42,826 bases of DNA from Flavobacteriales bacterium. GTDB taxonomy: Bacteria > Bacteroidota > Bacteroidia > Flavobacteriales_E > Vicingaceae. A program made the position numbers and the translations under genes. Within the stretch, counting starts at the first letter, position 1; each line of letters begins with the position of its first letter. Positions 8,260 to 15,023 of this stretch are shown here, one piece after another. The notes below the pieces were generated by a model. It saw only the letters and a list, made by a program, of their open reading frames with translations. It searched no databases and was not told where the DNA came from. The stretch covers positions 1 to 42,826 of the forward strand of contig JAESTF010000333.1 of the NCBI GenBank assembly GCA_016763795.1, in the 5' to 3' direction.

Positions 8260-9126
8260 ATGTGTTCAGATATACCAAATTTTAAAGTCCAAAAAGAAAA
8301 TGTATGTATTTATAATGATGAATTTTCAAATTCTCGGAAGCCTATAAATATTGTTCAACTTAATCTTTTAAAAAATGCTGGGTGTGCAGGCGGATGTAAA
8401 TTTTGTGGACTTAGTATTTCTTCAGAAGTTGATCGAAAGACGACTGCAACTGAGAAGGACTTTCAAAATTCATTTAATGATGCTCGTAATTCAAATTCTC
8501 GTTTAGAACTTGTATTTCCAAGTGTTGGTGCTAATCAAATGGAAGTACTTGGGTTGTTGTCTAAAATGACTGATGTTATTAATGATAATTCAGATATTGA
8601 ATTGGCAGTTAATCCTGGAATTTGTACACGTGAAGATTTTTATTCACAACTAGCAGAACTGGGAGTCTCTAGATATAGAAATAACTTAGAAAATTCCCGT
8701 AGATTGTTTAAGGAGCTTGTACCTAAACGGTCACTTGCTCAAGACTCAAAATTACAATCAATGGATCTTGCACGAGCTGCAGGTTTAAAAGTAGATACTG
8801 GTTGGTTGTGCGGACTAGGTGAAAATGAAGCAGATATTAAAGATATGCTAGAGCTTTTAAATGTATCAAATCCAGATTCAATAACCTTAAATTTTTTTGA
8901 TCATCGTGAGAGCGCTGAAGATTTTGATTATACAACTCCTTCCCGTCAGACAGGGTTAGAAAGAATAACAGTACTCCGCACTCATTTTCCTGAAGTTGAA
9001 ATTACTTTAGGAGGTGCTCATGGTTTATGGCTTGGTTCAAAAGCAATTGATATCCCACAGATTAACGGGGTATATGTTGGAAGATTTCTTGACCATGGTT
9101 TACGAGAAGAAAGTAAAAAGCAGTAA
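8260..9126 (+). CDS. Radical SAM enzyme, divergent BioB/HydE/PylB-like subfamily
   Basis: CX3CX2C motif CAGGCKFC (C42/C46/C49, nt 8383-8406). Colinear with BioB landmarks: YRNNLENS vs YNHNLDTS, AAGLKVDTGWLCGLGEN vs AGIKVCSGGIVGLGET, DSITLNFF vs ESVPINML. Only 288 aa, and the BioB auxiliary-cluster Cys positions are not conserved. Confidence 0.8.
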   Translation: MCSDIPNFKVQKENVCIYNDEFSNSRKPINIVQLNLLKNAGCAGGCKFCGLSISSEVDRKTTATEKDFQNSFNDARNSNSRLELVFPSVGANQMEVLGLLSKMTDVINDNSDIELAVNPGICTREDFYSQLAELGVSRYRNNLENSRRLFKELVPKRSLAQDSKLQSMDLARAAGLKVDTGWLCGLGENEADIKDMLELLNVSNPDSITLNFFDHRESAEDFDYTTPSRQTGLERITVLRTHFPEVEITLGGAHGLWLGSKAIDIPQINGVYVGRFLDHGLREESKKQ

Positions 9127-9174
9127 ACAGCTATGAAATAGGAGATAATCAATGAAATTAGTTTAAAGTAGTTC

Positions 9175-10401
9175 ATGAAAACTAAAAAAACACCTCAAGT
9201 AGAGGTTCTTATTATTGGAGGAGGACAGGCTGGGTTGGCGATGAGTAATTGTCTAACGGGGTGTAATATTTCACATGTTGTAATAGAACGTGGAAAAATT
9301 GCTAATCGATGGAGGAATGAAAGTTGGGATTCACTCCGTCTTCTTACCCCTAATTATCAAACCCGTCTACCAAATTGGTGCTACAAAGGAAAAGACCTGA
9401 ATGGTTATATGAGTGTTCAAGAGTTAATTTCGTTTTTAGAAAACTATGCAAAATCTTTTAATTCTCCGATCAAGACTGGAGTTATTGTAGAGTCTGTTAC
9501 ACAACGAACAAAAGGATTTCAAATATGTACAGATGCAGGGACATGGGAAGCAAAATCTATAGTAATTGCTACTGGGCATTGTAATACACCATTTGTACCT
9601 AAATTTTCTAAGAATTTAAATTCAGAATACAAACAATTAATTTCTCATCAATATAGAAATCCTAAACAGATAGGTTCGGGAAAGGTATTGATTGTAGGTG
9701 GAAGTGCAACTGGAGCACAAATTGCTGAAGAATTGATAAATGCTGGAAGAAACGTAACATTATCAGTAGGCCGACATCGAAGACTTCCGCGTAGTTACCG
9801 TAATAAAGATATATTATGGTGGGTAGAAAAAATGGGAATTTTTTGTCAACCTGCAGATCCTGAATCTGAGCGGAATTACCCTGCTCCTCAGCTTATAGGA
9901 TCAGTTGATGGAAGATCTCTTGATGTTGGAATTTTACAAAACTTAGGAGTAAAGCTGGTTGGTAGAGTAACTAGTATAAAAGATCATTTAATACAATTTG
10001 ATTCTAATTTGGAACACGATGTTAATCATGCAGAAGAGGAGATGCGTGAACTTCTAGCTCGGATAGATGCTTATGCGACAAAACAAGGGTTCGATGAGAA
10101 AACCGAACGAATCAATTCGGTAAAAATAGAACCTACAGCAGTTGAAATTAATTTAAAACAAGATAATTTTGAAACTATAATTTGGGCAACAGGATATCGT
10201 AGAGCCTATGATTGGTTAAACATCGATATGCTTGATAAGAATGGTGAATTACAACATGTATCAGGGATAACAGAACAACCAGGAGTTTATGCATTAGGAT
10301 TGCGTAGACAACGTAAATATAATTCAAATTTTATTGATGGAGTTGGTGAGGATGCATCATTTCTTACGAGTCATTTAAAAAACTACATTTCAACCATATG
10401 A
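9175..10401 (+). CDS. FAD/NAD(P)-dependent oxidoreductase, flavin-monooxygenase (CzcO/FMO-like) type
   Basis: FAD fingerprint VLIIGGGQAGLA, WDSLRLLTPN motif, second dinucleotide site VLIVGGSATGAQIA, and a C-terminal ATGY motif (IWATGYRRAY). Confidence 0.8.
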   Translation: MKTKKTPQVEVLIIGGGQAGLAMSNCLTGCNISHVVIERGKIANRWRNESWDSLRLLTPNYQTRLPNWCYKGKDLNGYMSVQELISFLENYAKSFNSPIKTGVIVESVTQRTKGFQICTDAGTWEAKSIVIATGHCNTPFVPKFSKNLNSEYKQLISHQYRNPKQIGSGKVLIVGGSATGAQIAEELINAGRNVTLSVGRHRRLPRSYRNKDILWWVEKMGIFCQPADPESERNYPAPQLIGSVDGRSLDVGILQNLGVKLVGRVTSIKDHLIQFDSNLEHDVNHAEEEMRELLARIDAYATKQGFDEKTERINSVKIEPTAVEINLKQDNFETIIWATGYRRAYDWLNIDMLDKNGELQHVSGITEQPGVYALGLRRQRKYNSNFIDGVGEDASFLTSHLKNYISTI

Positions 10402-11768
10402 GGATGTTAGGTGGAAAATCCATAAAAGAACTAGGAAGAATGATTAGGACAGAAGGTCTTAAATGTGAGGAATTAACTGAAACGATACTGTCTGATATAG
10501 AATCTCGTAACAATCATCTCAAAGCTTTTGTGAGGACTACCGCTGAAAGAGCTTTTGAAGAATCTCGTTTCGCCCAAATAGAACTAGATAATGGTATTGA
10601 TAGGGGACCTCTTCATGGAATTCCTTACGCGATTAAAGATTTGTTTGATGTTGCCGGAGAACCGAATAGTGCTGGCACACCTTTATTAGAAGACAATATA
10701 GCAACAAAAGATGCAGATATTGTAACACGTATGAAGCGTTCGGGAGCGGTGTTAGTGGGGCAAACAAATACGAGTCCGTTAGGAGCTACTATTTTAGGAA
10801 TCAATCATGCATTCGGTACACCTCATAATCCTTGGAAAAAAGAAGCTTTTATTCCAGGTGGATCATCTAGTGGTTCAGCTGTAGCTGTAGCTTCTGGACT
10901 AATTCCATTTGCATTGGGTACTGATACAGGAGGTTCAATACGAGTACCTGCAGCTATGTGTGGAATCGTTGGTCTTAAAACAACCGTAGGAAAGATTGAT
11001 GTAAGTGGAATGAGTCCACTTTCTCCTACATACGATTCTATAGGCACCTTAACCCGATCAGTTAATGATGCATTATTGGTGTATGGAGCATTACAAGATG
11101 AACCAATAGATTGTGGTAAGCGTGTAGAAAAATTAAAGATTGGCCTTTGTGAAAATATATTTTTTGATGAAATAGAATTAGAAGTAAAAAATGCAGTGTT
11201 AGATGCTGCTAATACCCTTGCTAGTCTGGGTACAGAAATTTGTTCACTTAAATTACAGGAGGTTGACATTATCTATGATCAGATTAAAGAAACAAGTTTA
11301 ATCGCCACAGAAGCATATCCATTACATAAAAAAATAATTGAAAATTCGAGTATGGATTGGGTTACAAATTGGCTAAAAGTAGCCAGTAACTATTCAGTTG
11401 AACAAGTAGTACATTCACAAAAAAAAATAAAAGAACTTTCATTTCAACTCGATATTCGCACTAAAAATCTAGATGCCATAATCGTGCCTACTACACCAAT
11501 TGTTGCAAAGTTGGTTTCTAGCTGCGATTCATATGAATCTCACGCTAAGATATCTTCATTAATTTCAAGGAATACCCAAATTGGTAATATGGTAGGATGG
11601 TGTGGCATTGCACTCCCTTGTGGTATTAGTCAAAATGGTCTTCCTATAAGCCTTTTAATTTACACTGGTGCAAATAATGAGCATACTGCATTTAGTATTG
11701 CTAAATCCCTTGAGCAAGCCTTATTAATGAAGTTAGGTAGCTTAAAGCCACCATATATTTTTAATTAG
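10398..11768 (+). CDS. Amidase-signature (AS) family amidase
   Basis: Catalytic Lys context PYAIKDLFDV. AS signature GGSSSGSAVAVASG and nucleophile region GTDTGGSIRVPAA. The start overlaps the upstream stop by 4 nt (ATGA at 10398-10401). Confidence 0.85.
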   Translation: MRMLGGKSIKELGRMIRTEGLKCEELTETILSDIESRNNHLKAFVRTTAERAFEESRFAQIELDNGIDRGPLHGIPYAIKDLFDVAGEPNSAGTPLLEDNIATKDADIVTRMKRSGAVLVGQTNTSPLGATILGINHAFGTPHNPWKKEAFIPGGSSSGSAVAVASGLIPFALGTDTGGSIRVPAAMCGIVGLKTTVGKIDVSGMSPLSPTYDSIGTLTRSVNDALLVYGALQDEPIDCGKRVEKLKIGLCENIFFDEIELEVKNAVLDAANTLASLGTEICSLKLQEVDIIYDQIKETSLIATEAYPLHKKIIENSSMDWVTNWLKVASNYSVEQVVHSQKKIKELSFQLDIRTKNLDAIIVPTTPIVAKLVSSCDSYESHAKISSLISRNTQIGNMVGWCGIALPCGISQNGLPISLLIYTGANNEHTAFSIAKSLEQALLMKLGSLKPPYIFN

Positions 11769-11821
11769 GAGAATTATAAAACAATGGATTACGATATTAT
11801 TAATTTAAAAAATATACTTAA

Positions 11822-13075
11822 ATGAACGATATAAATAAAGAAACCTTATCAATAAAATTTTCTGAAACGCGAGAAGAAGCAAAAGAGGAATACGAAAAAC
11901 ATTTAGGCTCTTTTTTACGAGATAGTCCTGTTGTTGCAAGACGGGGTGATCCTGATGTTGCTGATTTGTTATTTGGAGACCCTCATGATCCTTCATTAAC
12001 TGGTCTTGGAGAGATACTACATACACAAGTTGATATTAGCCAAGAAAAAGGTTATCGATATGTACACCATATGGAAGAAGCACGAGCAGCAGCGGCAAAG
12101 GCTCTTTCACAACGTACTAGTTTAGATTTTGCAGTTGAAGATTTATTTCTTACAACAGGAGCTTTCTCTGGTTTAGTAACATGCCTGCAAGCTTTGTGCG
12201 AAAAAAATTCAGAAGTAGTATATTTTAGTCCTCCTTGGTTTTATTACCGATCTATGATTAAATCTGTAGGAGCTATTCCGAAAGGAGTTGATCTTAACCC
12301 TGAAGATTGGTCGATTCCTTTTGATAAATTGGCAGAGGCTATTGGTCCTAAAACAAGTGCTATACTAGTAAATTCACCACATAATCCAAGTGGAAAAATT
12401 TTTTCTGATAGTGAACTTTCAGAACTAGCTCAAGTTGTTTCAGCTGCGAGTAAACGATTGGGGCGCGATATTCCCATAATTTCGGATGAAGCTTACTCTC
12501 GTATTGTTTATGAATGTTCGCATGCCCCCACACCAGCAAAATATTATCCGGCAACCATTATAATATACACTTATGGTAAAACACTTCTAGCACCCAGTTT
12601 ACGTTTAGGTTATATGGTACTTGCTCCAGGATTTCCTGGTGCACTTAAGATGAGAAGAATGTTTGATGCGATTCAACCTATGGGAGGCTGGCTACTTCCT
12701 AGTTGTTTGGTACAGAGAGCACTGCCTGACCTAGAGTTGTTATGTGTTGATCTAGTTCAGCTTAAACATCGCAGGGATAAATTAGTTGAGGCGTTAAGAG
12801 AAGGAGGTTATACAGTAATCCCAGCTGAGGGTACATTTTACATGTTGGTAAAAAGTCCACAGTTAGATGACGAAGCTTTTTCACGTTACCTTGAAAGTCG
12901 TAATGTTTTAGTTCTTCCGGGATCAACACTAGAAGTTCCTGGTACTTTTCGAGTGTCACTTACAGCTTCTGATGAAATGATAGATCAAGCTTCAGAGGTC
13001 TTTAAATCAGGATGGCAACCCTTTTTTATTAATTATAATGAAGAAAAATACGATAAAATAAAACTCAATAAATAG
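11822..13075 (+). CDS. PLP-dependent aminotransferase, class I/II fold
   Basis: Motifs LVNSPHNPSGK and ISDEAYSRIVY. Putative PLP-lysine in YTYGKTLLAPSLRLGY. C-terminal FRVSLTAS. Confidence 0.85.
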   Translation: MNDINKETLSIKFSETREEAKEEYEKHLGSFLRDSPVVARRGDPDVADLLFGDPHDPSLTGLGEILHTQVDISQEKGYRYVHHMEEARAAAAKALSQRTSLDFAVEDLFLTTGAFSGLVTCLQALCEKNSEVVYFSPPWFYYRSMIKSVGAIPKGVDLNPEDWSIPFDKLAEAIGPKTSAILVNSPHNPSGKIFSDSELSELAQVVSAASKRLGRDIPIISDEAYSRIVYECSHAPTPAKYYPATIIIYTYGKTLLAPSLRLGYMVLAPGFPGALKMRRMFDAIQPMGGWLLPSCLVQRALPDLELLCVDLVQLKHRRDKLVEALREGGYTVIPAEGTFYMLVKSPQLDDEAFSRYLESRNVLVLPGSTLEVPGTFRVSLTASDEMIDQASEVFKSGWQPFFINYNEEKYDKIKLNK

Positions 13076-13264
13076 AATTTAAAATGATGTAAATGTTTAT
13101 TGCAGAAAAAGAAATGTAGAAATAAATTAACTAGTTTTGAAAATGAATTGTAGTTCAAATCGATAATAATAAAAGGAATTATTATAACGGTAATTAGTAG
13201 AAAGACTACACCTTAATTAGATTAGTTAGCAATAAATATATTAACTCACAACAAAAATACACGG

Positions 13265-14251
13265 ATGAAATTAGCAACAATAAATAATAATACAAGAGAT
13301 GGCGAATTAGTAATAGTTAATAGAGCATTAACAAAAGCTGTTCGAGTTCCTGAAATTGCTTCAACCATGCAAATGGCAATTGACAATTGGGGGAGTACTG
13401 AAGAAAAACTTAAAAATGTTTATGATTCGTTAAACTTAGGAACCGTAGATAATGCATTTGATTTTACAGAAGAAGGAGTTATGGCGATACTTCCAAGAGC
13501 ATATCATTGGGTAGATGCAAGCGCTTACGTAACTCATGTTGAGTTAGTTAGGAAGGCAAGAAATGCAGAGCTACCTGGTTCTTACTGGACAGATCCATTA
13601 GTGTACATGGGGGCATCTGATGCTTTTATTGGTCCATATGATGACATAGAGATAGAGAATGATGAATGGGGAATTGATTTTGAATCAGAAATTGCTGTAA
13701 TTACAGATGATGTACCGGCTGGAGTTGATTCTAAAGAAGCATTAAATCATATTAAATTAGTTACAATCGTTAATGATGTTACGCTTAGAAATTTAATTCC
13801 TCAAGAATTAGCCAAACAATTTGGGTTTTATCAATCAAAACCTTGGACCGCTTTTGCACCTGTTTCTGTAACATTAGATGAACTTGATGAAGCTTGGAAA
13901 GATGGAAAACTTCATTTACCTATACATTCAACTTTAAATGAAGAATTAATTGGCTCTCCAAATGCTGGAATTGATATGACTTTTGATTTTGGTGAATTGA
14001 TTGCTCATGCTGCAAAAACACGTTCTTTAATGGCAGGAACTGTCGTTGGTTCGGGTACAGTAGCAAATCAAGGAAGTCCTAATGGATCTAGCTGCCTTGC
14101 AGAACTAAGATGCTTAGAAATAATTAAAGATGGTGAAGCTTCAACTCCATTTATGACTTTTGGAGATAGAATTGAAATTGAAGTGAAAAATGATAGTGGT
14201 CATTCAATTTTTGGAAAAATTAATCAAGTTGTAAAACAATATAAAAAATAA
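13265..14251 (+). CDS. Fumarylacetoacetate hydrolase (FAH) family protein
   Basis: 328 aa. Typical N-terminus MKLATI...DGELVIV. Metal-ligand contexts IDFESEIAVI and VNDVTLRN. GTVVGSGTV near the C-terminus. Separated from the upstream gene by a 189-bp AT-rich spacer. Confidence 0.85.
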   Translation: MKLATINNNTRDGELVIVNRALTKAVRVPEIASTMQMAIDNWGSTEEKLKNVYDSLNLGTVDNAFDFTEEGVMAILPRAYHWVDASAYVTHVELVRKARNAELPGSYWTDPLVYMGASDAFIGPYDDIEIENDEWGIDFESEIAVITDDVPAGVDSKEALNHIKLVTIVNDVTLRNLIPQELAKQFGFYQSKPWTAFAPVSVTLDELDEAWKDGKLHLPIHSTLNEELIGSPNAGIDMTFDFGELIAHAAKTRSLMAGTVVGSGTVANQGSPNGSSCLAELRCLEIIKDGEASTPFMTFGDRIEIEVKNDSGHSIFGKINQVVKQYKK

Positions 14252-14327
14252 TCTATTCTTTGATTTTTACTTAAAAATTATTAGAATCAATTAAATTTCT
14301 ATTTAATATAATAATAAAGAGCTATTG

Positions 14328-14360
14328 ATCGCTGGCCTGAAACAAAATTGGGCCAGCGAT
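14328..14360 (+). other. Perfect 10-bp-stem hairpin downstream of the FAH gene (possible terminator or RNA/protein-binding site)
   Basis: atcgctggcc (14328-14337), a 13-nt loop, then ggccagcgat (14351-14360). The stem is GC-rich in AT-rich surroundings. No U-tract follows. Confidence 0.35.
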
Positions 14361-14847
14361 GGCTGTGAAAAGAGTTCACGAACAATCGAACAGTAAATAA
14401 GGAGTGAGTAATATATAAATTCGTAAAAACAAACAAAAGGGCTTCTCCTTTTGTTGTGGAGCAAATAATTACTTTAGTATTGTTTTAGCATTTGTATAGG
14501 GATGGTGGATAGCATAGGTTTACATGTCCACAGGACATCTAACGCTATCTTGATTTTTATTAAGATAAAGCAAAGTCAGAGAACGCAGTATGAAAAAATG
14601 AGGAAAAAGCCTTCTTAAGGCAAATAGCATTTTAAATACAAATAAACAACCACAGGTAAAATTTTTGAGCGATGACAAAATAAAGATTTAAAGATGCTGA
14701 GCCTTGTGCGGAAATTTTACATTATAAAGTCTAAACGACTACAAATGGCTCTATATAAAAGAACCAATTCTTGTCCTGTAATTTGACCTATCTTAAATAG
14801 TTATAGATGGATGAAAGGTTAATATGGTTATTTTAATCCTAAATAAA

Positions 14848-14896
14848 TTCAAACTCATCTTACACTTCTCAACGTTTAAAAGATGAAGAAAATGAA
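14848..14896 (+). repeat. Right copy of the att-like direct repeat
   Basis: 43 of 49 nt identical to 6026-6074. No similarity to comEC was detected immediately upstream of 14848. Confidence 0.6.
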
Positions 14897-14958
14897 CTCT
14901 AACAAAGTTGGTAGGCGATTTTATTAGAAGGTGATTTTACCCAAAAATATTTAACACC
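14848..14958 (+). pseudogene. comEC: Displaced, degenerate remnant of the comEC 3' end (last ~35 codons)
   Basis: Translates colinearly as NSSYTSQRLKDEENEL*QSW*AILLEGDFTQKYL. The intact end reads NSSYTSQRLKDEANEYEVNCWVVLLDGAYIKNIN. There are two in-frame stops and no upstream ORF. Confidence 0.55.
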
Positions 14959-15023
14959 TTTTGTCAATTGCGGACTTTTATCTCGTTTGCAAATGGCTAC
15001 TTTTACTTTTCAAAATTTTAGTT

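Larger units (their letters stand above)
6075..14896. mobile_element. Putative integrated genomic island or relic inserted into the comEC 3' end; no recombinase detected
   Basis: The interval is bounded by the direct repeat 6026-6074 / 14848-14896. A displaced, stop-interrupted comEC 3' remnant lies at the right end. Cargo is two membrane proteins plus a 4-5 gene enzyme cassette with long non-coding spacers. Boundaries are approximate. Confidence 0.4.

Noticed and set aside
10823-11269. 148-aa minus-strand ORF inside the amidase gene
   Set aside because: It is antisense to the conserved amidase-signature core and has no recognisable motifs. Shadow ORF.
6075-14896. Search for integrase, transposase, tRNA or terminal inverted repeats that would make the island an active mobile element
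   Set aside because: None were found by eye. The cassette flanks (about 8200-8259 vs 14252-14330) show no inverted-repeat relationship. The element is therefore reported only as a putative relic, with low confidence.
14961-15023. TTG-initiated N-terminal extension of the deacetylase ORF (MSIADFYLVCKW...)
   Set aside because: The ATG at 15024 gives a clean signal peptide (MRKIIAVLLLFISIATFAQ). The extension overlaps the tail of the comEC-remnant region and looks non-coding.
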